Assembly: GCA_041660025.1 (NCBI GenBank)
Contig: JBAZXD010000001.1
Span: forward strand, 305,851-369,850
Direction: 5' to 3'
Length of the DNA: 64,000 nucleotides
DNA from: Minisyncoccota bacterium
Lineage (GTDB): Bacteria > Patescibacteriota > Minisyncoccia > Phycocordibacterales > Phycocordibacteraceae
A model generated the notes under the pieces. The model saw only the letters and a program-made list of their open reading frames with translations. It was not told where the DNA came from and did not search any database. Each line of letters starts with the position of its first letter. Positions within the stretch are counted from its first letter, which is position 1. Shown here piece by piece: positions 43,696 to 53,341 of the stretch. The position numbers and the translations under genes are program-made.

Positions 43696-45264
43696 CTATA
43701 CTACAGCTTCGTTCAAACGAGCGATGACAAAATCACGCGGGAGGCCAGCGAGGAACCATCCGGCTTTCGGTCCCGAATCGCGATTGAGGAATATGCGATA
43801 GATCGCCTGGAAAAGCTCCTTGGGCGATATGGGAATTTCGGTTTTGAGCTCATGCAGGCGCAGGTGGAGCTCCTCGCCCGTGCGTTCCCCTCCCTGCAGG
43901 TATCCGGCGAGCGCGCCGAGCGCCTTTTTCTGCGTATCGCTAAGCTCGACGTCCGGCATCTCCTCTTGCAGTTCATATTTAAATTCTTCAGGCGCGTAGG
44001 TGGCGAGCCAGAACTTCGCGTACCGGGCGCGCTCGTCGAGCGCGAGTCTTTCATCTTCGGCCAGGACGCTCCCCTTCGCACGCGTCGCCTCCTCGACAAG
44101 CGAGAGATGCGCCATCTGCACGATGAACGCCACTTCGCGAAACCGCATCTGCCACGGGGCCGAGAGCCCCGCGCGCTCCTCTGGCAATTCGCAGAGAGCG
44201 AAGAGACGTGAATAATCGTCGGCCTTTCCTTCACGCACGCCCTCCGCGAGCTCGTCATACCAGTCGTAGAGGCGCGGCACCGATTCGCCTGCCGGGTCGA
44301 CATCGATCTGTTCGCGGATATCCTTCCCGATGAGCGCGAGACGGAACACCTGTGGCGGGAAGAGGTCGCTCATATCCTTGGCCGAACTGCCTCGGCCTTT
44401 GGATGACGACATTTTCTTCCCACCGATAAGGAAGAATTCGTACGGCATATCAAAGGGCGGTTCGAAGTCGAATATCTCGCGCGCGATATGATTCGCGACG
44501 TCGCGCGAGCCGCCCCGCGTCGAGTGGTCTTTGCCGCCGCCCTCAATGTCGATGCCTTGCGCGGCCCACTTCGCCGCCCATTCGACTTTCCAGAAGAGTT
44601 TCGCCGCGCCTTTCCACGGGGCAATGCGGCCTGTGTGCCCGCAGGGCGCGCATTCGTCCGGCGAACGGTCGCAGGCGTACGCAACGGTCTCGCCGTCGAA
44701 GTCGTGCGCGCGCGTCGTCATCATTTTCCCGCACTTCTCGCACACGACCGAAACCGGCAACCACGATTCGTCTTTCCCAGATCCGGAAACTTCTTTCAGA
44801 ATTCTGCGGATGTCGTCCGCGCGTTCAAGCGCTGTCTTCATAAGCGCATCCATCTTCCCCGACCGATATAGTTCCGTCGCGCGATAGTAGCTCGGCGTGA
44901 AGCCGGCTTTCTTGTGCACAGCGATGAACTCGTCGCCGAAATATTCCGCGTAATTCTCAAATCCCGGTTCCGGGCTCGGGACCGCATACAGCGGCTTTCC
45001 TAAATGTTCCCGAAACTTTTCTACATCAAGATATCCGGGAATGGAGTCGAACGGGTCGAAGTCGTTCAGTTCAAACCGAAATTCGTTCGCAACGCCGTAC
45101 TCTGCGAGAACTTCCGAAATGAGCCCGTGGACCGCGACGCCGCGCATCGAGCCCACGTGTACGCGACCGGAGAGCGTCTTCTCGTCGCGAATGAGGAACG
45201 TCTTTCCGTCCCGCGGCGCGCGCGTATCCCGTATCTCACCCGCTATCCGGTCGGCCCACAGCAT
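43696..45264 (-). CDS. lysS: Lysyl-tRNA synthetase, class I (archaeal-type)
   Basis: HVGSMRG HIGH-type motif, KMSSSKG (KMSKS), Zn-binding CxxC...CxxC segment; ~520 aa, as for LysRS-I. Confidence 0.85.
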   Translation of the reverse strand: MLWADRIAGEIRDTRAPRDGKTFLIRDEKTLSGRVHVGSMRGVAVHGLISEVLAEYGVANEFRFELNDFDPFDSIPGYLDVEKFREHLGKPLYAVPSPEPGFENYAEYFGDEFIAVHKKAGFTPSYYRATELYRSGKMDALMKTALERADDIRRILKEVSGSGKDESWLPVSVVCEKCGKMMTTRAHDFDGETVAYACDRSPDECAPCGHTGRIAPWKGAAKLFWKVEWAAKWAAQGIDIEGGGKDHSTRGGSRDVANHIAREIFDFEPPFDMPYEFFLIGGKKMSSSKGRGSSAKDMSDLFPPQVFRLALIGKDIREQIDVDPAGESVPRLYDWYDELAEGVREGKADDYSRLFALCELPEERAGLSAPWQMRFREVAFIVQMAHLSLVEEATRAKGSVLAEDERLALDERARYAKFWLATYAPEEFKYELQEEMPDVELSDTQKKALGALAGYLQGGERTGEELHLRLHELKTEIPISPKELFQAIYRIFLNRDSGPKAGWFLAGLPRDFVIARLNEAVV

Positions 45265-45289
45265 GGGCTTATCGTACCATTAAATCACT

Positions 45290-45763
45290 CTAGGCCACCT
45301 TCTCGATGGTGTAGGTCTGTTTGCCGGAGGGGGTGTCGAAGGTGAAAGAATCGCCCTTCTTCTTGCCCATCAGGGCGGCACCGAGCGGCGAGACGTGGGA
45401 GAGCTTCTTCACGCGCATATCCGCCTCCTCGCTCCCGACGATGGTGTATTCGTGCACGTCGTCGTTCCCCTCCTTCTTTATCGACACTTTAGAATTGAAG
45501 CTCACTTCGCTCTTCTTCTTGCCGTCGGTGTGTATCTTCGTATTTTTAACTAGATCTTCGAGTTTCTTGATACGTTCCTCCGTCGCGGCCTGCAGGTCGC
45601 GCGCTTCCTGGTACTCAGCATTCTCCGAGAGGTCGCCGAGCGACCGCGCGTATTCGAGGTTCTTGGCGATCTCGGTGCGGCGCACCGTCTTCAGGTGCTC
45701 CAACTCCTTAATCATCTCGTCAAATTTTTCTTGCGAGACAACGCTCTCTTGCATATCGCTCAT
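45290..45763 (-). CDS. greA: Transcription elongation factor GreA
   Basis: N-terminal coiled coil (KELEHLKTVRRTEI...GDLSENAEY) and C-terminal FKBP-like domain. Confidence 0.88.
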   Translation of the reverse strand: MSDMQESVVSQEKFDEMIKELEHLKTVRRTEIAKNLEYARSLGDLSENAEYQEARDLQAATEERIKKLEDLVKNTKIHTDGKKKSEVSFNSKVSIKKEGNDDVHEYTIVGSEEADMRVKKLSHVSPLGAALMGKKKGDSFTFDTPSGKQTYTIEKVA

Positions 45764-45791
45764 ATAGTGAGGGCATTGTACGCGAGTGTTG

Positions 45792-47507
45792 TCATTGCGC
45801 AAGCACTGCGGTCGCCGCCGAGCCTCCGACGTAGGGAGAATTTTCGAGAGAGAGCGCCTCGAGGAAGTCGCGCATCGCGTTCACCGCCTGACTGCCGGAG
45901 CCTTCCGGTCCGCGCTCGAGCACGACGGCGAACGCGTACTGCGGATTCTCGTACGGAAAAAACCCTACCACCCAGGAGTTGTCATATTGATTGCGCGTGC
46001 CCGTCTGCGCGGTGCCGGTCTTCGCCGCGACGGAGACGTACGGGAAGTTGAGCGCGCTCGCGAGCGCGCTCGTCACCGTCTGGCGCATACCCTCCTGCAC
46101 GACCGTGAGTGCGGCGGAGTCGACCGGTACGGTCGTATAGGTCGGCGCCTGTTCCGCAAGCAAGGTCGGCGTGAAGAGCTTCCCCCCGTTCGCCACCGCC
46201 GCGATCGCGCGCGCCATCTGGAGCGGCGTCACCTGCACCGAATACTGCCCTATCGCGGTGAAGTACGTGTCGCCGAGATACCACGGCTCGTTAAATACTT
46301 CTTTCTTCCACGCGGGCGTCGGGATGAGCCCTGCGGCTTCCCCGGAGAGGTCGATGCCCGTCGGGTTCCCGAGACCGAACTGCGCATACCAGTACGCGAG
46401 CCGGTCGATGCCGAGCCCCTTCTGGTTCCCGAATCCGCCGCCGACCGTATAGAAAAAGATATCCGAGGACCAGGCAATCGCCTTCCGCACGTCCATCGGG
46501 CCGAGCGCCCGCCACCCTTTATAGATGAATTCCTTCCCGGGATGATACGGGTCCGGTATCGAGATGAATCCGGGGTCGTCGATGACCGTATTCGGTGTAA
46601 TGATGCCGTCGGTCAAGGCGCCGGAGGCGACGAGCGGCTTCACGATAGAGCCGGGGGCGTAGACGCCCTGCACCGCGTGATCGAGGAAGGGACGGCCGGG
46701 GTCGCGGTTGTAGAGGTCGATCGTACTCGACGGGCCGCCGCTGCTCATCACGTTCGGGTCGTAGCTCGGGTACGAGACGAGCGCGCGCACCGCGCCGCTG
46801 TGCGTGTCGAGGATGACGCCGGCACCGGCGATGAAGCGCTTACTGCTTGCCGTCTGTGCGATCGCGCGTGCAAAAAGTTTCTGGAGATCCGCGTCGATCG
46901 AGAGCTGGAGCGTCTTCCCCGCCTCCGCCCTGACGATCATGCCTTCGGAGCGGACTCTGCCGAGCGCGTCCGTCTCGGTGAGTAATTGCCCGTTCTTGCC
47001 GGCGAGGAGCGCATCATACTCAGACTCAAGACCGGCGATACCGGTCTGACTCGTATCGTAATACTTCCCGCTTGCATCCTTCTTCGGATATGAGACGTAA
47101 CCGATGACCTGGCTCAGCGACGGGTACGGATATCTGCGGACGGTGCTTCCCTGCCCGCCGCTGGATGAGTCGTCCTCCCGCGCGACGTTCTCGGCGACTA
47201 CGACGCCGTTCACGTCGGTGATGACGCCGCGCGGCGCGAAAAGAATTCTCGCTTCGAGGCTGTTGTGCGCGCTCTCAGCGGCGAGCGCCGCGCCGCGCGT
47301 GATCTGAAGGTCCCACGCGCGCACGATGAGGATAACGAAAAGGATCGAGAGTGTCGTCGCGAGTGAGAAAAATATGCTGGGCGAGAGCGGTTTCTCGAGC
47401 CTGCCTTCGAAACGTGTCCGATCGAAGGCGGACACGTTCGACGCGTCGAGGAATATCTCATCGGGCGCGATCTCCGGATCTTGCCGCTGTCTCCGTCGCC
47501 ACATCAT
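45792..47507 (-). CDS. mrdA: Penicillin-binding protein 2 (elongasome transpeptidase)
   Basis: TM anchor, PBP dimerisation domain, SxxK (GSIVKP), SxN and KTGTA motifs; directly downstream of mreBCD. Confidence 0.85.
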   Translation of the reverse strand: MMWRRRQRQDPEIAPDEIFLDASNVSAFDRTRFEGRLEKPLSPSIFFSLATTLSILFVILIVRAWDLQITRGAALAAESAHNSLEARILFAPRGVITDVNGVVVAENVAREDDSSSGGQGSTVRRYPYPSLSQVIGYVSYPKKDASGKYYDTSQTGIAGLESEYDALLAGKNGQLLTETDALGRVRSEGMIVRAEAGKTLQLSIDADLQKLFARAIAQTASSKRFIAGAGVILDTHSGAVRALVSYPSYDPNVMSSGGPSSTIDLYNRDPGRPFLDHAVQGVYAPGSIVKPLVASGALTDGIITPNTVIDDPGFISIPDPYHPGKEFIYKGWRALGPMDVRKAIAWSSDIFFYTVGGGFGNQKGLGIDRLAYWYAQFGLGNPTGIDLSGEAAGLIPTPAWKKEVFNEPWYLGDTYFTAIGQYSVQVTPLQMARAIAAVANGGKLFTPTLLAEQAPTYTTVPVDSAALTVVQEGMRQTVTSALASALNFPYVSVAAKTGTAQTGTRNQYDNSWVVGFFPYENPQYAFAVVLERGPEGSGSQAVNAMRDFLEALSLENSPYVGGSAATAVLAQ

Positions 47508-47761
47508 CCCCTGATACTACTCGCCCTCAGCCGACTGCGCACGAGGGCGGCGATGATTGACACGACGAGGCCATAGAGCGTAAAGACCGGCAGAGTACCC
47601 GCCGACGGCGCATAGTAGAGAGTGTCGGCGAAAAGGCCGACGGCGACGGGGACCAGCGGTTCGAAAAGTGAAGCGATGAGCGCAAGCAGGACCGAGAGCG
47701 GCCACGGGAAGAACAGCACGGAAACGAAGGTAGCTATCGTGAGTATGCCGTTGCGGATCAT
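47504..47761 (-). CDS. mreD: Rod shape-determining protein MreD (start uncertain)
   Basis: Hydrophobic 3-TM segment after mreC. The listed ORF extends to 48052, but that part is Arg-rich and overlaps mreC; the real start is probably near 47761-47850 (GTG/TTG possible). Confidence 0.5.
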   Translation of the reverse strand: MIRNGILTIATFVSVLFFPWPLSVLLALIASLFEPLVPVAVGLFADTLYYAPSAGTLPVFTLYGLVVSIIAALVRSRLRASSIRG

Positions 47762-48600
47762 AACGGTGTTGAGGTGGCAGAGAAGAACGAGTCCTGCAGA
47801 GCCGTACCGGTATCGCGGAGCGAAACCCACGTTGTCGAGAAGAGATTGAACATCGGCGTGATGCGGAGCGTCACTCCAGGCGCCGATGGGTCGCTGTCGA
47901 CGCGCGCGACGATCCCGATCGGGAGCTGTCCCGGACCGGGAACGAACACTCGGTCGCCGACCGTGATGTTCGCGGAGCGCGCAAGCGATGCGCTCATCGC
48001 GCCGGCGCCGGCGCCGAAGATGTCTATCGGCACGCTCGCCTCTCCCACCCACCCGCGTGTTACCTTCCCCGGCGCCGAGAAAAGCGTTACGCGGGAGAAG
48101 TCCCTCGCGACCGCTGAAACGACACCGAGCGGCACACCTCCGGCGCCGAAAGCCTCCATACCGAGCGCAACACCGCTCTCGGAACCCGCGGCGAGCACGA
48201 GCGTGTCGTAAGGGCTCTGGGGCGGGCGCGCGACGACGCCGGCGATGAGCTCGGCGGTTCTCTGCGCGCTTGCTGTGCCGCCGAGCCCTGCGAGCGCGGA
48301 GACCTTCTGGAGCAGTGCCTGATTCTCACTCGCGAGCGCCGCGTTCTGGCTCATCAACTGTTCATTCTTTGCGGAGAGCGCGGCGGCGTCGCCGAAACTG
48401 CTGAGGAACGCGTGGTTCTTCGCGGCGATGTTCTCCGCGATGCGGAATACCGGCGCGAACGTATGCAAAAAGAGGTCCGGCGCGAGGAGTCGCACGAGGA
48501 GCGCGAGAACGGCGCAGGCGAGCGCAAGCGTGCCCCACGAGACGCTCGCGGACGAGAGGAGCGCGTTACGCTTCGCTAAGAATGTCCTCTTCATCGACAA
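47758..48600 (-). CDS. mreC: Rod shape-determining protein MreC
   Basis: N-terminal TM, coiled coil (NEQLMSQNAALASENQALLQKV), C-terminal beta domain. Confidence 0.8.
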   Translation of the reverse strand: MSMKRTFLAKRNALLSSASVSWGTLALACAVLALLVRLLAPDLFLHTFAPVFRIAENIAAKNHAFLSSFGDAAALSAKNEQLMSQNAALASENQALLQKVSALAGLGGTASAQRTAELIAGVVARPPQSPYDTLVLAAGSESGVALGMEAFGAGGVPLGVVSAVARDFSRVTLFSAPGKVTRGWVGEASVPIDIFGAGAGAMSASLARSANITVGDRVFVPGPGQLPIGIVARVDSDPSAPGVTLRITPMFNLFSTTWVSLRDTGTALQDSFFSATSTPL

Positions 48601-49618
48601 AAAAATCTGAAAACGGTTCGGGATCTTCGGTCACGATGCCCGCACCGCGCACGACCGCCGTGAGCGGGTCGGGCGTGACCCGCACCGGCACGCCGAGCAT
48701 CTTCGCCAATATCTGCGGCAGACCGCGGAGAAGGGCTCCGCCGCCGAAGACCGTCACGCCGTGCTGGAGCACGTCCGAGAGGAGCTCGGGCGGCGTGTTC
48801 TCGATAACCTCCTTCATCGTTTCCATCAGGGCGTCGAGCGACGGTGCGATCGCCTCGCGCACGTGCGCGTCGGTCAGCGTTATTTCGCGCGGCAGACCGG
48901 TCGCGAAATCGCGCCCGCGCACGCTCCGCGAGAGCGTCTCAGCGAGCGGCATAACCGCACCGATGGCTATCTTCACATCCTCGGCGGTGCGTTCGCCGAT
49001 GCCGAGCTTGAATTCGCTCCGCACGAATTCGATGATGTTGTCGTTGAAACGATCCCCCGCAACGTGCGAACTCTTCGCCGAGACGACGCCTCGCAGAGAA
49101 ATGACGGCGATGTCGGTCGTACCGCCGCCGATATCGAGCACCATCGTGCCGACCGCTTCATGGACCGGCAGTTTCGCGCCGATGGCGCCGGCGACCGGCT
49201 CTTCGAGGATGATCGCCTCGCGCGCGCCCGCATTCTTCGCCGCGTCCCGGACCGCGCGGCTCTGCACGTTGGTTACGCCGGTGGGCACGCCGATCACGAC
49301 GCGCGGACCGAAGAGCCGTACCCGGCCGTTCTGTGCCTTGTTGATGAGGTAGGTAAGCAGTTCCTCGGTCACCTCGAAGTCGGAGATGACGCCGTGGGAA
49401 AGCGGGCGCACGACGCGGATGTGCGCAGGTGTCTTGCCGAGCATCATCTTCGCTTCCCTCCCGACGGCGACGACCTGGTGCGTCTTGTCGTTGACCGCCA
49501 CCACCGACGGCTCGTTGATGACCACGCCCTTCCCGCGCACGTACACGAGCGTGTTCGCGGTCCCAAGGTCGATCGCGATGTCGCTACTGAAGAGGGCGTT
49601 CTTTGAGAATTTCGGCAT
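48566..49618 (-). CDS. mreB: Rod shape-determining protein MreB (actin homolog)
   Basis: DLGTANTLVYV phosphate-1 motif and GGGTTD phosphate-2. Start at MPKFSKN; the ORF's upstream extension is Arg-rich junk overlapping proS. Confidence 0.9.
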   Translation of the reverse strand: MPKFSKNALFSSDIAIDLGTANTLVYVRGKGVVINEPSVVAVNDKTHQVVAVGREAKMMLGKTPAHIRVVRPLSHGVISDFEVTEELLTYLINKAQNGRVRLFGPRVVIGVPTGVTNVQSRAVRDAAKNAGAREAIILEEPVAGAIGAKLPVHEAVGTMVLDIGGGTTDIAVISLRGVVSAKSSHVAGDRFNDNIIEFVRSEFKLGIGERTAEDVKIAIGAVMPLAETLSRSVRGRDFATGLPREITLTDAHVREAIAPSLDALMETMKEVIENTPPELLSDVLQHGVTVFGGGALLRGLPQILAKMLGVPVRVTPDPLTAVVRGAGIVTEDPEPFSDFFVDEEDILSEA

Positions 49619-49622
49619 ACCC

Positions 49623-50864
49623 TTAGGCGAAGAGTTCTGCGCGCGCCTTCTTCTCGACCGCGCCGGTCGCGCGGTTAACCACTTCGAATGTTCCCGTGGC
49701 GACCGCGTCCTTACCGACCACGATGCGCGTCGGGATGCCGAGCAGGTCGCTATCCGCGAACTTCTCGCCGGCGCGTACATCGCGGTCGTCGTAGAGCACT
49801 TCCACCCCTGCTTCGACAAGCTCAGTATAAAGGCCTTCTGCACACTTTGTTATTTCATTACCCTCTTTTCCGAGCGATACCAGGTGCACGGCAAACGGCG
49901 CGACGGCCTCGGGCCAGACGAGCCCCTTCTCATCAGCGAGCGTCTCGACGATGATGCCCATAAGGCGCGTCGGGCCGATACCGTAGCTCCCCATAACGAC
50001 CGGCACCGACTTCCCCTCCGCATCCTTATACGAGAGGCCGAGCGATTCGGAAAAACGCGTGCCGAGGTTGAAGATATTGCCCGCCTCGATGGCGCGCTTC
50101 TCGACCAACGTATCGCGTTTGAGCTCGAGTGTAGCGAGGGTCTTGTCGGTACAGACCTCCTTGTTGACCGCAATGCGCTTCTCTTCGTCTATATAAATAG
50201 TATCCTCGCCGGCCTCCGATACGGTCTGGAACTCCTCGGAGAATTCGCTGAATATCCCGCCGGAGGCGAAGGTAACGTAGGTCCGTTCACCGATACCCAT
50301 GCGCTCGAACACTTTGATATATGCCGCGCGAGCTTTGTCATAAAATACTTTGTGCTCCGCCTCGTCTTTTGAGAACGAGTACAGGTCTTTCATCAGGAAC
50401 TCCTTGCCGCGCATAATGCCCGACTTCGCGCGAAGCTCATTGCGGAACTTGTTCTGGAATTGATATGCGTAGACCGGCAGGTCGCGGTACGAGGAGATAT
50501 GCTCCGTCATAATGCGCGTGAGCGGCTCCTCATGCGTTATCGCGAGCCCGGTCTCGCCGCCGCTCTTAAAGGAGGTCTTGAACCAGTTGTCGACCTTATC
50601 GTCGTCCCATCTATCGGTGCGGCTCCAGAGCTCCTTATCTTGAAGCGCGGTCATCACGAGCTCCTGCCCGCCGATAGCGTTCATCTCTTCGCGGATGATC
50701 TGGACGATTCTGTTGAGCGTACGCAGACCGAGCGGGAGATACGAATACACGCCCGCCATCTCCTTGTGGATGTAGCCCGCGCGCACCAAGAGTTGTGCGT
50801 TCTTCGCGACCTCATCGCTCGGCGCGAACTTCCGCGTTTTGGTAAAAAGCTTCGACTGCCTCAT
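49623..50864 (-). CDS. proS: Prolyl-tRNA synthetase, short form without editing insertion
   Basis: Class II aaRS with N-terminal QLLVRAGYI...SYLPLGLR ProRS pattern and a C-terminal anticodon-binding domain; 413 aa. Confidence 0.8.
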   Translation of the reverse strand: MRQSKLFTKTRKFAPSDEVAKNAQLLVRAGYIHKEMAGVYSYLPLGLRTLNRIVQIIREEMNAIGGQELVMTALQDKELWSRTDRWDDDKVDNWFKTSFKSGGETGLAITHEEPLTRIMTEHISSYRDLPVYAYQFQNKFRNELRAKSGIMRGKEFLMKDLYSFSKDEAEHKVFYDKARAAYIKVFERMGIGERTYVTFASGGIFSEFSEEFQTVSEAGEDTIYIDEEKRIAVNKEVCTDKTLATLELKRDTLVEKRAIEAGNIFNLGTRFSESLGLSYKDAEGKSVPVVMGSYGIGPTRLMGIIVETLADEKGLVWPEAVAPFAVHLVSLGKEGNEITKCAEGLYTELVEAGVEVLYDDRDVRAGEKFADSDLLGIPTRIVVGKDAVATGTFEVVNRATGAVEKKARAELFA

Positions 50865-50981
50865 GCGCCACAGTATACCCCCAAGCGAAGCGAAGCTCTA
50901 GTATCGCTTTTGTGGGGATGGTTGCTAAAAACGAGGTTGTATTGTAGTTTTTGCTTGTCGCTCATTGTTAAGGAGGCACAC

Positions 50982-51164
50982 ATGATCTGCCGAGATTTCA
51001 TGGGGAAAGATCCGAATGTTCTCTACTGTTCCGAATGCCGGGACATAGGGAGAGAACATCGGATCGAGAACAGGCCGACAGGCTCTATGGAAGGATATTG
51101 TACCGGCTGCAAAAAGGTACAACCCTTCATCTGCGCCAAGCTCGCCGAGAGCGTCAGTGCCTAA
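50982..51164 (+). CDS. Small zinc-ribbon protein (CxxC...CxxC)
   Basis: 60 aa, preceded by a strong SD (ttaaggaggcacacATG); CSEC...CTGC spacing typical of a Zn ribbon. The long upstream part of listed ORF 50460 is antisense to proS and is rejected. Confidence 0.55.
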   Translation: MICRDFMGKDPNVLYCSECRDIGREHRIENRPTGSMEGYCTGCKKVQPFICAKLAESVSA

Positions 51165-51221
51165 CACATTATTGTCCGCGGAGAGCGCTCGTCTGCTCCC
51201 GCGGACTTTTGTTTTATATAC

Positions 51222-52328
51222 TTACCCGACGATCTTGAAGATGTCGTGCGCGGTGACGACGAGCATCAGGAGGATGAGGAAGAGGAAGCCGATGCCATTC
51301 AGGGCTTGCGCGACACTCGCCTTGATAGGCCGACGGATGATGCTCTCGATGATGACGAAGAGGAGGCGGCCGCCGTCGAGCGCGGGGATGGGGATGAGAT
51401 TGATAAGCGCGAGGTTGATGGAAATGATGGCCATAATGGAGAAGAGATAGCCGAACCCCTGCATCGAGGCGGTGCCGACGACGCCCGCGATGCCGACAGG
51501 TCCCGCGACCTGCGAGAGGTCGGCGGAGAGGGTGAATATGCCGTAAAAGAAATGCCAGAGCCCGACGGCGGTCAGCTGTATCGCGCCCCAGGTGAGCGTC
51601 GCGCCCTCAATGATCGCCGCGCCGAGCGAGAGCGGCACGACGCCAACGGCGGCGACCTCGACCCCGAGCGCGGCGCGCGAGGGATCAGTGGAGATGATGC
51701 CGGCTTCAGGCCGCGCGAATATCGTCTCCTCTTCCCCGCTTGCGTGCCGGACGGAAAGTGCGATGGTCGTGTTCCCTCCCCCGTCCGAAACGAACTTCGT
51801 GAACGCGGCCGGATCCGCCCCCGAGAAAGCGTAATGCCCGTCTTCAGCGGAGAGGATGGTGTCGCCCGGAAGGAGTCCCGCGCGCGCGGCAGGCGAGGCG
51901 GGGAGCACCTGGGCTACCGCGAGCTCCACGTTTTGAGCTATTGCAATCTCCTCATCCCCGAGCGCGCGCGGTGTGCCGGTGATAAGCGCGCCGGTAATGA
52001 GCACGTAGGCGAAGAGGAGGTTCATCGCGATACCAGCGACGAGCACGAGCGCCTGTGCGAGACGCGGTTTCGAAGAGAATGCGCGAGCATCCCGGGCTTG
52101 TTCGGGAGACAAGCCATCCTCGCCATAAATCTTCACGAAGCCGCCGAAGGGCAGCCAATTGAGCGTGTAGGAGGTCTCGTTTATCTTCCCGATAACGAGG
52201 GCGCGCGGCGGATATCCGAGCCCGAATTCGTCCACGCGCATCCCCGAAAGTTTTGCCGCGATGAAATGCCCGAATTCGTGCACCACGATGAGCGCGACGA
52301 TGACGACGATGAATATCAGGATGCTCAT
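51222..52328 (-). CDS. rseP: Site-2 protease RseP (M50) with PDZ domain
   Basis: HEFGH zinc motif in TM1, central PDZ, and the C-terminal LDGG motif. Confidence 0.88.
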   Translation of the reverse strand: MSILIFIVVIVALIVVHEFGHFIAAKLSGMRVDEFGLGYPPRALVIGKINETSYTLNWLPFGGFVKIYGEDGLSPEQARDARAFSSKPRLAQALVLVAGIAMNLLFAYVLITGALITGTPRALGDEEIAIAQNVELAVAQVLPASPAARAGLLPGDTILSAEDGHYAFSGADPAAFTKFVSDGGGNTTIALSVRHASGEEETIFARPEAGIISTDPSRAALGVEVAAVGVVPLSLGAAIIEGATLTWGAIQLTAVGLWHFFYGIFTLSADLSQVAGPVGIAGVVGTASMQGFGYLFSIMAIISINLALINLIPIPALDGGRLLFVIIESIIRRPIKASVAQALNGIGFLFLILLMLVVTAHDIFKIVG

Positions 52329-52382
52329 GATTGCTTGAGTGTACTACATTTCCCGCTCTCTATTGTGCTCCGACAAAATGAT

Positions 52383-52410
52383 TTGACATTCTTCTGAAAA
52401 ACATATAGAG
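52383..52410 (+). promoter_or_regulatory. Candidate sigma70-like promoter (TTGACA ... TATAGA)
   Basis: ttgacattcttctgaaaaacatatagagt lies upstream of gene 52458; spacing of 15-16 nt is slightly short. Confidence 0.3.
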
Positions 52411-52457
52411 TGCACTTAGGAGCAGTCCCCCCCCTGTAACCAACCAAGGAGCGGTCC

Positions 52458-52736
52458 ATGAAAGGAAAACAGATTGGGGACACGTATGTCCTCATGGCAA
52501 AAGCAGAACAAGAAACGGGATATGAACACCCGAGTGGGAAAAGGGATATTTCGGAAACGAAAACGTATGACATATTCAGGCGCTTCAAGGCCGCGACGTT
52601 GCCGGAAGCTCAACGGAAAGCCAAGGCGATACTCGTAAAGTTCAAAAAGGACCGTCCTAAGCGCCTCGGAGGTATCAGTTGGGAATATCAAGCGCACATC
52701 GTTTCAAAATCACTCATGAAAGTAGTGCCGCTTTAG
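52458..52736 (+). CDS. Hypothetical small basic protein (low-GC orphan)
   Basis: 92 aa with a good SD (aaggagcggtccATG) and a downstream terminator. Confidence 0.45.
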   Translation: MKGKQIGDTYVLMAKAEQETGYEHPSGKRDISETKTYDIFRRFKAATLPEAQRKAKAILVKFKKDRPKRLGGISWEYQAHIVSKSLMKVVPL

Positions 52737-52751
52737 TCCTCAACGGATATG

Positions 52752-52790
52752 GAAAGCCCCGCTTGCACGGGGCTTTTTTATCACTGTGCT
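52752..52790. terminator. Bidirectional terminator between 52458..52736 and frr
   Basis: aaagccccg-cttgcac-ggggcttttttat. Confidence 0.55.
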
Positions 52791-53332
52791 ATCTCGGTTT
52801 CTTTGCGTTCCAGAATTTTCGCAAGGGCGTCGTTGCCGGCGTCGATGAGTTTTTGTATCTCTCCTTTGAGGCGCTTCACCTCATCTTCTCCCATACCGCC
52901 CGCCGCCTCCGCCGCTTCGAGCGCCTTCAAGGCGTCGGTGCGGTGCGAGCGGAGGGTCACCTTCGCTTGTTCGGTCTTGTCTCCCGCGATCTTCGAGAGC
53001 TGTGCGCGCCGCTCGCTCGTGAGCTCGGGAAATGACACCCGCAACCCTTGATCGTCGGTCGCGACGCCGACGCCGAGATCGGCGTCGACAATCCCCTTCT
53101 CTACCGCTTTCAGAATGCTCATATCCCAGGGGATGACGCGGAGCGTGCGCGCGTCCTCGACCGAGACACTCGCGAGTTCTCGAAGCGCAGTGCGCGTGCC
53201 ATAGGCCTCGGGCTTCACCGCGTCGAGAAGGCTCGGCGTTGCGCGGCCAGTGCGTACACCGGAGAGTTCGCGCGCGAGCCACTCCTCGGTCTCCTTGATG
53301 TTCACCTTCAGTTTTGAAAAGTCGTATGCCAT
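52781..53332 (-). CDS. frr: Ribosome recycling factor
   Basis: Full-length RRF pattern (VRTGRATPSLLD...RELASVSVED...LRVSFPELTSERR). Confidence 0.92.
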   Translation of the reverse strand: MAYDFSKLKVNIKETEEWLARELSGVRTGRATPSLLDAVKPEAYGTRTALRELASVSVEDARTLRVIPWDMSILKAVEKGIVDADLGVGVATDDQGLRVSFPELTSERRAQLSKIAGDKTEQAKVTLRSHRTDALKALEAAEAAGGMGEDEVKRLKGEIQKLIDAGNDALAKILERKETEIAQ

Positions 53333-53341
53333 ATAGTTACA

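Noticed and set aside
45786-46985. 399-aa + strand ORF
   Set aside because: Antisense to mrdA (PBP2); Arg-rich.
47762-48052. Long Arg-rich N-terminal part of the mreD ORF
   Set aside because: Overlaps mreC in another frame for ~290 nt. Composition (RRRRRRDER...) is that of a shadow frame; only the hydrophobic C-terminal ~85 aa look like MreD.
50460-50981. Upstream 174 codons of ORF 50460..51164
   Set aside because: Antisense to proS. Only the terminal 60-aa zinc-ribbon portion, which has its own SD, is retained.
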